Origin: Vicugna vicugna
Lineage: Eukaryota
Length of the DNA stretch: 64,000 nucleotides
NCBI GenBank assembly: GCA_013265495.1
Contig: MU058226.1
Location: forward strand, 520,741-584,740
Reading direction: 5' to 3'
Positions within the stretch are counted from its first letter, which is position 1; every line of letters begins with the position of its first letter. The notes beneath the pieces are model-generated. The model searched no databases, had not been told where the DNA came from, and saw nothing but the letters and a program-made list of their open reading frames with translations. Position numbers and translations under genes: made by a program. Of this stretch, positions 21,380 through 35,276 are shown piece after piece.

Positions 21380-24300
21380 ATGACGGCCAGAACTCTCCTC
21401 CTGCTGCTCTCGGGGGCCCTGGCCCTGACCGAGACCTGGGCGGGTGAGCGCGGGGTCGGGAGGGAACGGCCTCTTCTGGGGAGGAGCGAGGGGGCGGCCC
21501 GGTGGGGGCGCAGGACCCCTGGGGAAGGCGCGTCTCCACAGCTCTGCCCCAGCATCCACCTCGGCCCCGCCCTGTCCCTATCCTCCCCTGTCCCTTCCTG
21601 TTTCCCACAGAATCCTCTCACCCATTCAGGTCTCGTGCCGCCCCTTTTCCGTGTTGCGAGCCCCTCGCCCCGTCCGCCCTCCTGGCCCCACCACCTGGGA
21701 CCCAGAGACCCCCGCCAGGAGGAGGGTCGAATCTCAACCCCTCCCCGCCCCCAGGCCCCCACTCCCTGAGGTATCTCTACACCGCCATGTCCCGGCCGGG
21801 CATCGGGGAGCCCCGTTTCATCTCCGTCGGCTACGTAGACGACACGCAGTTCGTTCGGTTCGACAGCGACGCCGCGAATCCGAGGATGCAGCCGAAGGCG
21901 CGGTGGGCGGAGCAGGAGGGGCCGGAGTATTGGGAAGAGAACACACAGAATGTCAAAGTTTCTGCACAGACGTTCCGACTGGGCCTGAACATCCTGCGCG
22001 GCTACTACAACCAGAGCGAGGCCGGTGAGCAATGCGGAACCAGGTCAAGGTCAGGATCCTGCTCCCCCAGTGTGGCCCCGAGTTTCCGGGTCCAAGCCTC
22101 ATCCCGGGGTCCGCCTATCTGCCCAGTGTTCCGATAAGAGCCCGCGAGGTTTCTTTTGGGTTAGTTTTCCCTTTATTCTGAAAAGGCTCTGACCAGTCAC
22201 AGCCGGGAGACTTCCTTCGGGGGCGGGGCCAAGTGGGCGGGACTAATTTCAGTGGCTGGGTCAGGGTCTCACACCTACCAGTGGTTTTGTGGATGCGATG
22301 CTGCGCTGGACGGGCGCCTCCTCCGCGGATACAATCAGTTCGCCTACGATGGCGATGATTACATCGCCCTGAACCAGGATCTTCTTTCATGGACCGCGGC
22401 GGACACGGCGGCTCAGATCACCCAACGCAAGTGGGAGGCGGCCGGTGAGGCAGAGAAGAACAGAGCCTACCTGGACGGGGCATGCGTGGAGGAACTCCTA
22501 AGATTCCTGGAGAACGGCAAGGAGATGCTGCAGCGCGCAGGTACCAGGGGACGCAGGTGCCTACTGGATCTCTCGTCTGGCTAGGACTGTTGTCCCTGTG
22601 CTAGGGGAGGAAAACGGGATCGACGCCAGAATACCGCCTCTCCTATTCATGGGGAGATGTAGGAATCCAGACCAAGTGCTCAGACTGGGTACCAAAGAGT
22701 GCCTCGCGCTTCTCTGTAGACAGTTAAGGGATCTAGCTGTTCTGGGGATGGAGGGGAAGATTATCTCTGAAACAACTTACCAGCGGTTTCTTTGACTCTG
22801 GCAGTGGCTCTGGGAACCTTGGGGAACTCTCTCAAGCCTTGTTCTCTGTCCTACACTCAGGGTGTTGGAGATCTGACTCCAGCTTTTCAGAGTCTCTGGG
22901 CCTCCCCTCAATCCAGGACCAGAAATTCCTTTTCTTGGCCTCAGAGACCTGCCTCCCATCCTGGGCTATCTCACTCATTCCAGAAATTTCTGAAGAATAA
23001 GAAATTATCCCAGATGCCTGTGTCCAGGCTGGTGTCTGGGTTGCACTTCCTTCCCACACCCCAGTTGTTCTCTCTATTCTCACAACGGTCACATGAGCCC
23101 TGCTTCATGTGGCCCATGGGAGTTACTACAAAGTTCCTAAATTCCCTCACCTTTCTCCTCAGACCCTCCAAAAACACATGTGACCCACCACCCCATCTCT
23201 GACCATAAGGTCACCCTGAGGTGCTGGGCCCTGGGCTTCTACCCTGCGGAGATCTCACTGACCTGGCAGCGTGATGGGGAGGACCAGACCCAGGACATGG
23301 AGCTCGTGGAGACCAGGCCTGCGGGGGACGGGACCTTCCAGAAGTGGGTGGCCCTGGTGGTGTCTCCTGGAGAGGAGCAGAGATACTCGTGCCACGTGCA
23401 GCACGAGGGGCTTCAGGAGCCTCTCACCCTGAAATGGGGTGAGGAGGGAGACGGGGGTGGAGCTTCTTCTCAGGTATAGCGGAAGCCCTTCTGAAGACCT
23501 TCAACAAGGTCGGGACTCAAGCCTGAGGTTGGGCCCCTTCCCTTCTCTTTGCAGAGCCACCTCCTCAGCCCACCGTCCCCATCATGGGCATCATTGTTGG
23601 CCTGGTTCTCTTTGTGGTCATTGGAGCTGTGGTGGCGGGATTTGTGATCTGGAGGAAGAGGCGCTCAGGTACATAAGGAAGGGGAGCTGAGCTTTCTAGT
23701 CTCACTTCGGGGGTGATTCAAGCCCAGGTAGATGTTTGCCTGCCTCGTTAATGGGAAGTACCATCCCCACACATGTGCTTTCCCAGTGTGGGTCCCTATC
23801 TGCTAACATTCCTTACTAAAGCATATATGAAAATGAAGGACACATTATTCACTGTGATGAATCTCGTGATGGAGACCTGATTCCCAGCAGTCTCAAAATA
23901 GAGGGAAAGGTTGATGCTGAGGACAGACCTCCAGGAGGGCAGTTGGTCCAGTCACCAAACATGTACTTTCCTTATGTTTCCTGATCCTGTCTTGGATTTG
24001 AGATCACAGTTCTGGAAACTACTCTGGGGGCCAGGACCAGGGCATTCCTTAAGACCTCATGACCCTGCTTCTTCCCTGGCCTCTCACATGATGTTTTCTT
24101 CCTACAGGTGAAAAAGGAGGGAGCTATGCTCAGGCTGCAAGTAAGTACGGAGTGAGTGTGGTTCCTGAGACCCTTGTGATGGTGGAGCCGAGAGGCCATG
24201 GGGGGACCTCACCCCCCTCAGAGTTCCATCTCTAGTTTCTCTTCTGTGGGTTCTGATCACGTCCTGGTTTTGTTCTCCCCCAGGCAGTGACAGTGCCCAG

Positions 24301-24500
24301 GGCTCTGATGTGTCTCTCACGGATCCCAGAGGTGAGACACTGGGGGCCCTAGACTGGGAGAGGGGTTGGGGCAGAGGGGATACTGTGGGTGTGGGGATTC
24401 TCAGAGTGGGACATTTTGAGCATGTGGAGGGCTGTTGAGAATGTCAGCACTTCCATGACTGACCTGAATCGGTTCCTGATTCTTTTCTTTCACAGTGTGA
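21380..24500 (+). CDS. MHC class I heavy chain, 361 aa, probably non-classical (class Ib); exons 21380-21443, 21755-22024, 22265-22540, 23163-23438, 23555-23668, 24108-24140, 24284-24331, 24496-24500
   Basis: Leader [21 protein letters not shown]; alpha1 [10 protein letters not shown]…YYNQSEA; alpha2 with C101/C164; alpha3 with the CD8 loop [12 protein letters not shown] segment; full tail [28 protein letters not shown]. Canonical exon sizes 270/276/276/33/48 and an open 1086-nt frame. Confidence 0.97.
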
Positions 24501-24791
24501 GACAGCTGCCTTGTGAGGGACTGACTGATACACGATGTGTTCACTTTGTGACTTCAGATCCCCTGACTCCTGTTTCTGCAGCTGCACCTGAATGTGTCTG
24601 TGCTCCTATTAGCACAATGTGAGGAGGTGGGGAGACTGGCCCACTCCTGCCCCCCACACCCCTCCCCACCCTGACCTGTGTTCTCTTCCCTGGTTGACTT
24701 TCCTTTTCCAGCAGAGGTGGGGCTGGGCCGTCTCCATCCCTGTCTTAACTTTGTGCTGCATTTTATAATAATGTCTTACTTTCCTAATGAA

Positions 24792-24797
24792 AATAAA
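24792..24797 (+). terminator. Class I gene poly(A) signal AATAAA (second copy at 24850-24855)
   Basis: AATAAA about 290 nt after the stop, in a typical class I 3' UTR. Confidence 0.8.
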
Positions 24798-26049
24798 TCT
24801 GGATGTGAATTTGTTTTTTTTAAATGGTGCCATGATTTGTTGATGGGATAATAAAGGTGAGGATTCCTAAAGTTTGAGAGAGGAAATGTATGTGCTGAAA
24901 ACCTTCCAGAAGCCACATGTTTGCTCTGCTGACTCTGTTGCAGGTGGGGCAGGAGGAGGCTATGAGGAGCCGAGTGTCGAAAGGGCCTGTGCCCAGTCAG
25001 TACTCAGTCCATTGTGGGCTTTGAAGTGGTTACTGCTGGGGTGGGTCATCTTTGCTGTTCGTGTGTCCTTGTCCCTTCAGTAGAACGTTGTCCCACCAGG
25101 ACCTGTGACCACAGGGGCTGACATTACCTGGACCTTGTTTGTCTCTAGGACCGTGGCCAGTGAGGGCTTTATGTGGCCAGGTTAGCCTAGCCTTAGCTCC
25201 CACCTTTTGGGTGTTTATTTGTTGTTTCTTTGTTTCTATAGAGGTTGTTGCCTTGATTTGTGTATCATTCTCCTCCTGTTGTCCCCCATCTCTGACAGCT
25301 GGAGGAGTCGTTTTGCCTGTCATTGTCCCCACAAAGCCCAAGGCTGTGTATCTGCACATAGGAGACTCTGTGGTATCCAGAGATGAATTTTCAGATTCAT
25401 CCAGCTCTTGCCCTCCTTCTAGGGTTTGATTGTTCTTTCCATACTTCCCCGAGCCTCCTCAAAGGAACCAGATTCTGGTATTAGCAGAAAGGAGGGAAAC
25501 CATAATTTCTCATCTTAGGTAAGTTCCTGTTGGAGTTCTGCTCTGCTTGCCCAGCCACTCTCCCTGCCCTTAGCTCTAGTAATCCTAGTGCTCCAATCTA
25601 AATGCATGGATTTATACAGCAGAGTCTAATTTAGGTTTATATTTAGTTGGAAAATAGGACCCATAAGTCAAGGATCATTTTTTTTAACTACTTCATTTAT
25701 TTAGATTTTGTGTGTATGGAAGAGGAGGTAATTTAGGTTTATTTATTTATTTTTTAGCAGAAGTACTGGGGATTGAACCTGGGACCTCCTGCATGGATAA
25801 CATGCACTCTTCCACTGAGATATACCTCCCCCAGGATCATTGTTTTCTGAAAAGAAAACTGTAATTGTGTGATGTAGTGTAAGGAGGGTTAGTTGTGGGG
25901 AAGGGGAGAGCAGCACTTATGAGAAAAGTTCAAATGCAATTGATGTCAATGTGAGTAGATGTTGTGCTGTAGCTGCTACAAACCAACATTTGGCCTGAGG
26001 TTACATTAATAAAGATATTATCTTTAGAATAGGGAGATGCTTTACATTG

Positions 26050-27220
26050 ACCATTCATTCAACTGATATCAGTTGTATGCCAGTTAGATGAGTGAGATTT
26101 TGCATCTGGGAAACATCATTGAAGTCAGAACAGAAAAATTGCTGGCCTTGTGGAGCATATATTCTATTGGGAAGAGACAGACTACATACTATCAGCATAG
26201 TAAATGAGGAAAGTGTTCTGTTACAAAGGGATAAGTGCTAAGGAAAAGATGCAGGGGGAAGGCAATCCAGAGTGTGGGGACGGGGGTGGGGGGACAAGGG
26301 AGGTGGCTATTTTACTAGAGTGATCAGTGTGGGTCCCACTGGAAGGTGACCTTGAGGAAAGATTTAAAGGACATGAGGAATCATCCCTGAGGATGTCTGG
26401 GGGCAGTTCTTTCCAGGCAGGGAGAACCTCCAGGCAAGTGCTTCAGGGCAGAAGCACATCTGTGCGTTGTGCGCAAAGTGAGGAGGCCAATATGACTGGA
26501 GCAGAGATAAATTGAGAGGCGGTCAGAGGTATGGCCAGATCATGTAGGCCTGGAAGATATTAGAAAGGTTTTGACTTTTGCTCCAAGTGAGATGGGAGTT
26601 TTAAGACAGTTTTAAGAAGAGGGACATGGTATGACTTCTCCTTTAAAAGGATCACTTTGCTGTGCTGAGAACAGAATTGTGAGGCAAGGGGTGAGTGGGG
26701 CAGTAGGGAAAGCAGTGGGAAACTAGTTCAGTGTCTAGACTGGAGATGTCCATTGTTTCGACTGATGTGTGAGCAGTAGATACAGTGGGACGTGACTGGA
26801 TTCTGGATACGTTCTAAAGATGGACTTTACAGCATTTCCTAAAGGATTAAATCTGGCGTATGAGAAAGAGGAGTCACGGAGGACATCCTTAATTTTGGAC
26901 TATGGAAGTAGAAAGATGGAATTACTGTCAGCAGAGATATGGAAGACAAAAGGGCATATTTTTTGAGGGGGAGTGCATTATGAATATTTGGTTTAAGAAA
27001 TGTTGGAGCTGAGATTTTATCAGAAATATAAGTCAGGTATTTGGATTGGCAGTTGAACAGATGAGTCTGGAGTTTAAGAGAAATGTCTGCTCTGGGGAAA
27101 CAGATTTGGGGGATGATGCCATAGAAATGATATTTAAAGCCTTGAGAGCTGATGAGGCCACCAAGGAAGGCAGTGATGGCTGTAGAAGAGGAAGGAACAG
27201 AACTGAACCCTGGACCCTCC
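26050..27220 (-). mobile_element. LINE-2 remnant
   Basis: cattcattcaa terminus and purine-rich L2 antisense text. Boundaries approximate. Confidence 0.65.
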
Positions 27221-30200
27221 CCACCACCAACGCTGTGGGATCTGATCAGACCACACATCTGAGCAGACTCCACCATTCTGGCTCCGGGTCTACAAGGCAC
27301 GAAGATCCTGGAGTCCCAGTCTTTCCTTTGTACAGGAAACCCCTGGACATATTTTTAAGATTCAGAAAGTCTGGAGTCGAGTCTGAGATTCTAGATTCAC
27401 AAGGGTGGTGCTGATGCTGCTGGTCTTCAGATCACACATGTGATAGCAGTAACATAGACCAGGATTTCCATGTGGCTGGACATCAGCCTCACAGGAAGGG
27501 CTTGTGAAATAAGCAATTCCTTGGTCTTGTGCCTAATACTCTGAGAAGGGGGTTCTGCGGAGAGGCCCGAGCATTTTGGAAAAAGCAGCACAAACAATCC
27601 TGGTGCTCAGCCAGTTGGGAACCATCGAGGTTAGGGATAGAGAATGCCCAGAAAGGGGTCTTAAATCCACATTTAAAGGATTTTTTTCTTTTTCTTTCAG
27701 AAGGAAAAGGGAGTAGCTATATCGTCAATTATGAGATGTGACGTTGGGATATACATGTAGTTCTCTCTACCATGGGGCATAGTCAGGTGGAAGATTTAGG
27801 AAGTGGTTTATAATTCAGTATAATGAAAAACTCTGAATTCTTGCTCTTTGAAATTATTCTCCAGAATGAGTTCTCATTCACTCTTGGAGCAAACAATAGA
27901 ATCTAAAATTTTTCTAATTTAAGCATAAAGTACTATATGTATGTGGGGGGTATGTATATCTGATATGGGGCATAAAATTATTTATTTTTATTTTAAAAAA
28001 TAATTTTTTTTCCTTTAACAGAGGCACTGGGGATTGAACTCAGGACATCATACACGCCAGGCATACACTCCACCTTTGAGCTATATCCCCCACCCAGCCT
28101 CATATTATTTTGGGAAGGCCACAGAGCCAGGCTTGAGGCTGCATGGGAACAGAATCCACAATATCCACCCTAGGCTGGGTCCCACATAGGAACATTTGTC
28201 CCTGCTGCTGGGCACAGATGTCACTGCTCACACCAGAGAACCCCTCAGGCTGGACATGGACCCTGTGGCTAGGACAGCTGTCACTACGGCTCCTGACAGC
28301 TGGATGCTGTGTAGCTCCCGTTCGTACTGCCCTCGCCGAATGCATTATGCACAGTTCCAGCCTCTCTGTGTCACCACGTCCTGAGAAGAATCTGACCTGC
28401 ATGGTGGAGCCTGAGCTTCCTGCTCTGTCCACCTGCAAGAATGTTTCGGAAAATGGACTTTCCTCTTTTATGGAAGGAAGCGGTCTCTGCCTCCTACCAA
28501 GACTCTGTTCATATGGCATTCTCCTAATCTAGGAAGAGAGCTCAGGTTCAGGGGACGAAGGATGGAAAAAGAAGGTCAAATTTCAATTCTTACAGCAAAG
28601 ATCTGTGACTAGCCCTGGATCTGGTACACTGTAGGCACGCGGATTTGGCTGAAAGAACAAGTGACTAATAAATGACACCCAAGGTAGAGGCTTACTTGCT
28701 TACTCTTACTCTGAATTTCTAGGAATCAAAGCCCAAACAGGCCCCTGGGAGGTGGAGAGTGTGAAATGATCCCCCCAAGTAATGCATAGGAGCAGCTGGT
28801 GGATTGACTGGCTGGTCAGGAACTTCAGTAAAATAAAGTTGGAAAACAGGTGAGGGAGAGATGTGTTCATGGACCACTTGCTATTAGCAGAGTGGGTAAA
28901 GATGCGGGTGTGCGGGGGTGTATGCCCAGAAGAGGGTAAGCATGTGGTGGAGGCTGCTTGTAATTGGGTGGGGGATGTGAATTGATGGAAGGTGTCACTT
29001 AGCCTCTCCCCAGCACCACAAGGTTTGCTCGTGAAGTCCCTGTACAAAGTGGCAGTGACAGCAATGTAACTTTCCACTCTCCAAGGATTCCCTGGCATCT
29101 GCCACTGCTGATTACTCAGTCCTCAATTAGCAGTTTTGAAAAGAGAAAAAGGTGAAATTAATTAAGAACAAAACAGAGTTGTCTGAGATAAATATGTCAC
29201 CGCAGATATAGGAGAGATTTAAACAATCATAAAATTATGAAGAAATTGATGTCAATGGAAAAGACTTACTGCAGGTAAATAAGTTAAAGAAGTTGAATTC
29301 CCCAGGGAGAAGATGTAGTTCAGTGGTAGAGGGCATGCTTAGCAAGCAGAAGGTCCTGGGTTCAATCCCTGGTACCTCCATTAAAAAATAAATAAGCCTG
29401 AAAAAATTTCTGTTTCCCTTCAACCATATCCAAAATGTTTTACAGGTAAGCCTTACCAAACCTTCAAGGAAAGCTCCTGATCTACATAAAATATTCAAGA
29501 GAATGAAAAATATAGGGAAAAGCCAAACAAATCATTTTATTAGTTAAGAATAACATAAAACCTAAAATCAGGGAACACATAAGAAAAAAAGGCATAGGAA
29601 AATCACTTATAAGATAGTAGATGTGAGAAGAATGGTAGAGTATATCCAACAATGTACTAAGCAGTTAAATAATTTGACTAAGTTATCCCAAAAATACAAG
29701 GATATTTCAACTTTAAATCTTTTGATGCAATTCACTACTTAAAAAATAAAAAAGGGAAAATTATATCTTAGCAGATATAGAAATTACTGCAGATGAAATG
29801 CAACACTCCATCTGACCCACACTTCTTCAGTCCTCTTCCAGTGTTTTAAAATTTATCTTTTAATTAAAGTATAGTCAGTTACAATGTATCAATTTCTAGT
29901 GTACAGCATAATGTCCCAGTCATACATATATGTGCATATATTTGTTTTCATATTCTTTTCATTAAAGGTTATTACAAGATACTGAATATAGTTCCTTATG
30001 CTATGCAGAAGAAATTTGTTTTTTTATCTATTTTTATATATAGTAGTTAATATTTGCAAATCTAGAACTCCCAAATTTATCCCTTCCCACCCCCTAGTCC
30101 TCTTCTCTTTTTAAGGACCCATTAAAAGATTAGGCACTCACCCCAATAGTCAAGATATTCTCCATTCATGCTTTTAGTCACATCTACAAAACCCCTTTTG

Positions 30201-30805
30201 CTGTGTATGGCAACATATTCATAGGTTCCAGTGATTAGAGCTTGGACATATTTGTGGGGCTGTTATTCTGCCTGCTACATCATATATGGTGATTCAATGA
30301 AGAAATATAACATTATTTAAAGTCCTAAAAGGTGAAAGGGGAGTATGTGGAGGGAAGCATTGTATAAGAGATGATGGCTAAGAATTAAGGAAATGTATAC
30401 AGAGTGGTAAGAATGAAAAGAGATCCACATTGAGTCATACATATTTCACTGGAACATCAGATGATAAGGACAAATGATAATCTTAAAAGTAGCCGCAGAA
30501 GAAAAACAGATCTAGAAAGGAACTATGTTTAGATTGTGGCTTCTTCCTGTCAGGAATGACAGCCGGAAGACAATGAAATAACATCGTCAAAGGTGAAGAA
30601 AGCAAAATCAAACTAGGAATTTGAGACTGAGAAATCTCTCTTTCAAGTATAAGTTAAAAAAATATTTTTATATAAATAAAATTGTTGATTTAGTAGTAAA
30701 ATATCTACTCTAAAGATGTTTATGAGGTCATAGAGGTATAAAAGCAAGCAGATAAATTAATTGGTAATGATTAAGTACATGTAAATCAATACTGTATAAA
30801 ATACT

Positions 30806-30944
30806 GGGGGAGGATATAGCTCAAGTGCTAGAGCACATGCTTAGCATGCATGGGGTTCTGGGTTCAATCCCCAGTACCTCTTCTAAGAATAAATAAATAA
30901 ATAAACGTAATTACCACCCCCTCAAAAAAAAAAGACTCTAAAAA
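30806..30944 (+). mobile_element. Vic-1-type SINE
   Basis: Full head and tail, flanked by the duplicated aatactgtataaaata. Confidence 0.88.
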
Positions 30945-31469
30945 AATACTGTATAAAATATAAATGTGGAGTTAAAAGCACAGTTATAAGATAAATAAAA
31001 TGCTTAATATGTTGTGTTATAATTTCTTCACACAGCCTCCTACACCTACCTAGGCTATATCATCCATGAAGATGGAGAGACCTTGATTCTTTTTACTCAG
31101 ATTCCAGTCTGTATACACAGTAGCCAGAATAAAATAGCTACTAAAGTACCCAGTATAAAAATAGCTATTCCAGCTATTCCTGCAAGTCCTTAAAAGACCA
31201 GGTATGGTGATGCAAAAGCACAATTAAAAAAAATTTGAAGGGGATGACATCAGAGAAAATAGTGGTTTAGGGAACTTGAAAGACTTGTGCTCACATAGAA
31301 CAATGAAAAAACTAGTAACAGCAGTCAGAATCAAGTCTATCAGAACCCAGGAAAATCATGGAGTATTTACAGCGACTAAGAAAAAGCTAAAAATAGAAAA
31401 AGGCAACAGAAACTCGGTTGTTTTGTGGTGTCTTAACTTTGACATATTCCATCCTCCCCAGCTCAGCGA

Positions 31470-34400
31470 TCAAAAACATTGCTGAGAAATATTCCAGGTT
31501 TTCCCTTATTTAAGAAAAAAAAATTGTAAGTGATCTCAGTGGCGTTATTATTCAGTATTATTATTCTCAACCTTTTAAAGAAGCTTAAAAGTCTATGGGA
31601 CACATCTTTTCATAGCAATACATTAAAATCTATTTTACTCCTTAAAATGGCCATTTAGAATTTTATCATATGACCTTTCTTTTGGGGACAATGGAAATGT
31701 TCTTTATCTTCACTGTGGTAATGGTAACATCGATGTATAAAATTGCCAGAACTCAACCAGCTGTGCATTTCAAATAGATACATTATAGTGTATGTAAAGT
31801 GTGTCCCAACCAAGTCGGTTTTAAAACCATCCTCCTCTTTGGAATCTGTACTTTGGTTATGTAAACCAACCAACCAAAGAAAACACCTTGTTCTTGTTGC
31901 TAAGAGCTTACACCCTGCACATCTGGAAGTAGAGTCCCCATGTCTGCAACTTACTCTCAAGTGGTCCAGCTATTACTCAAGAGTAATAGCTGTCTGTGTA
32001 TTCAGAGGGAGAGCAGTTATGATACATTTTAATAAATGACAGAATTAGATAAAGAATAAATACAAAAGTTAGAAATAATAAAAAAATCTTTAAAAATATA
32101 TTTCCCCTGTAGCTTTCATCCTTGTTCTTCACGCTTCCTTTCTTCAACACTTTCTCCCTCCCTTTCCCCCCTTTTCCAGTCTCACTTACATCTTATCCCC
32201 TGCACACTGGAGCCCCACCAGCTAACGCAGGTGACTGCATCCACCTACAGGTCAGGTACCCACAGGCGAGTAGACGTCGCCAGGGCAATTTGTAAGCTAT
32301 GCCTGGACCCGCTGTTACTGGATCCTTTCAGTGAAGTCACTCCAGTCTCAGATGGAAGTCACACCAGGTCTAAATTACGTTCCCCACGGAAGTAGGCAGA
32401 ACCTCGGTGGTTATTTCCTGGATTCTTAGTCATTGATTTTCAACCAGACAGGCAGAGACGGATTCAAAGGGGACTTTCCGAGGGGACCCCTTGCTTCCTG
32501 GGGTGGGAACGAGAGGCTGGGGGAAAACGGGAAGTCATTTTTGTTCTTAGATTCAAAATGAGTCTGATTCCAGGTCCTTCTTCCGGCTCTACCGACTCCG
32601 AATTCAGGCAGGTCTTCTTTTTCACAACCGTTAGTTTGAGAACCAGAAACCTAAATGCAGCTCGCTCCCCTCCCAACTTGCACATAAGTTCCTTTATTAT
32701 TCTTTTATATCAGTGAACAACTTTTATTTCCTTCAAGGTTTGGGGAATGAGTGATTTCCAGTCCTCCCTGTGAATTCTGGCCCCGCAGACTTGAAAACAC
32801 TCCAGGGCCTCCCTGCAAAGTCCCGCCTTCGGTGATGTGAACATCCGCTCAGTTTCATTTCTGGACTCAGCGGTGAAGCCAAAAATATGCGGAGATAAAG
32901 ACGCCACTATGTTTGTGAGTCCAGGGGTACAAAGATGACAGTGGAGGGAGAAAATGCCTTTTATGGGGTAGAGCAGAGGGGGCTGGAAGGAGCATGTGGG
33001 GCAGGGAAAACACTTTGTACGAAAGACAACCTGGGAGGGGAGGGTGGGTGGGGCGGGGAGCAGCCCCAACCCTGAACCCTGTACCATCAGGGCCTCTTCC
33101 ACCCCAGAATGAATAACATTGGCTTTATCTCTGATTACAATCATCTCCAGATGCTGTGCAACAAATCTGGCATATTATTAATATTAAAGTATTGAGTCTT
33201 TTTTTTTTTTTTGGTGGGATGAACTGAATGACACAGTTTGCTGGCACTGCCACAGCTAGAAGTCCTCCAGTGAGGGTTGACATTGTGGAGCAAGGTGCTT
33301 GGGACCCGCTGTCAGGAGACCTGGGTTCCATCTGCCTCTCTATATCTCACTATCCTTCTTATCTTTAGCTGAGAATGGGTACAGGACCCAATCCCTGACT
33401 GGCTAAATAAATTATGATGCTCAAAGTAATTAACTAGTAAAAATGGATGTAAAATCTAAGAAATGGTTAGAACTTCCTAATGCATGACATTTCCATCCAC
33501 AGAAAAAGTGTAGGATAGGGGTCTTAGCGGAATGCTTAGTAATGGTAGGCAGAGTTCAACTTGAAGAAGCATTTGTAGGAAGACAAAGATGAAATGAACA
33601 CAGTTCCTGGTCCTGGAGTGGCTCATTGTCTAATGAGGGGAGTATATGATGGTCATATGGGGTTCAAGGCAGGGCATGCTGGGTACCATTAGGTTCAAAT
33701 TATGGGCTGGACCAGTGGTTCTAAGACTTGCCAGTGCATTAGAATCACCTAAGGGAGCTTTAAAAGATTTGGAGGTCTGGGTCCAACCCAAGGGATTCAA
33801 TTGGTTTTGGCCATGGCCTGGGCATACAGGTAGTAAAAACTCTCCAGCTGGTTTTTGTTTTCTTTGAAGGATAGTTGATTTACTATGTTGTTTTAATTTC
33901 TGGTGTACAGCAAAGAGATTCAGTTATATATATATATATATATATATTCTTTTTCATTATAGGTTATTATAAGATATTGAATATAGTTCCCTGTGCTAGA
34001 CAATAGGACCTTGTTTATCTATTTTTGTGTGTGTGTATATGTATTTTACATATAGTAGTTCGCTAATCCCAAACTTCTAATTTATCCCAAACCCCACCCC
34101 TTCCCCCTTGGTAACCATAAGTTTGTTTTCTATGTCTGTGAGTCTGTTTCTGTTTTGTAAATAAATACATTTGTGTCATTTTTTAGATTCCACATATAAG
34201 TAATGTCATATGATATTTATCTTTCTATTTCTGACTTACTTCACTTGATATGAGAATGTCTAGGTTCATCTATGTTGCTGCAAATGACATGATTTCATTC
34301 TTTTTATGACTGAGTAGTATTCCATTATATGTATATATCATATCTACTTTATCTAATCATCTGTCAATGGACATTTAGGTTGCTTCCATGTCTTGGCTAT

Positions 34401-35276
34401 TGTAGTGTCCAGCTGGTTTTAATAAGCAGCCAAATTTGAGGACCATAGTGTAGGTATTCCAAAGACTAAGAGATGTGTGTTGGCACAACTTTCAGTAGAA
34501 GGAGGTTTACAGGATAGCATTATTGTTATTATATTATTATCAAGATACAGTTCATATATCACATAGTTCACCCTTTTAAAGTTACAGTTAAGTGATTTTT
34601 AAGATAATTCCAAGTTTTACCACCAATCCCACTCTGTAATTGGGATGATCTTGTAGGATGTGCAGTTCTGATGGGTTGAAGGCAGAGAATAGTCCATGGG
34701 AGGGTGATGCAGAAGCAGTGGCATCCTGGTGGGACAAGTTAAGGAGATGGGCCACTTTTACTGCAACTCAGGGAACATATCACCAGAGAAGTGGGGGGTG
34801 ATGCCAGACAGCTGGTTGTGGCAGCTGGGGCATCAGTGAGGGAGCAGAGGCATTATGTGTTATATCTGCAGACAGGGCAGCTGTGGATGGCTTGGGCATC
34901 ACGGTTATAACTGAGGACAGGTACAGGTTTAGGAGACCTTTGCGGTTCTCTAGGCTGAAGTAGATGAAAGCCTGGACTAAGGTAGCTGCTGTGGGATGGA
35001 ACAGGGGTTGGGGGAGCTGATGGTGAGTCCAAGAAAGGCAGGGGGAAAGGGATCAGAGGGGACCAAGCTGGTGGTGTTGCCAGAGAACTAGGGGGACAGG
35101 GAGAGGCTGGTGTGCTGGGAGGTGTAGAGTCTGCTTGTAGACCTGTTGGATTTGAGGGGCAGGTGGCCCCAGAGGTGCAGATGTCCTGAGGCAGGTTGGA
35201 AAGGGTGTCTGGAGAGAGGTTGGCGCTGGAGTGGATCATGGGGAGTGGCCTCACTGGGCTTGTGATCCCTGTCCCC
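31470..35276 (+). repeat. Inverted segmental duplicon, left copy (partner 48188 to about 50897)
   Basis: Reverse-complement similarity traced block by block. 34769-35276 is identical to the reverse complement of 48188-48695, and both give the same 133-aa spurious ORF. Confidence 0.93.
33856..34407 (-). mobile_element. 5'-truncated LINE-1 3' end, present only in the left duplicon
   Basis: 13-bp TSD TCCAGCTGGTTTT (33843-33855, 34408-34420). Absent from the right copy near 49065. Confidence 0.88.

Noticed and set aside
21371..21382. First Met of the HLA-type MRVM leader replaced by AGG
   Set aside because: The second ATG gives a normal 21-aa leader, as is common in artiodactyl class I genes, so it is not evidence of pseudogenisation.
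21334..22032. 232-aa antisense ORF and other long ORFs over class I exons 1-2 and MIC intron 1 (44450-45115)
   Set aside because: Expected from stop-codon scarcity in GC-rich DNA; no homology recognisable.
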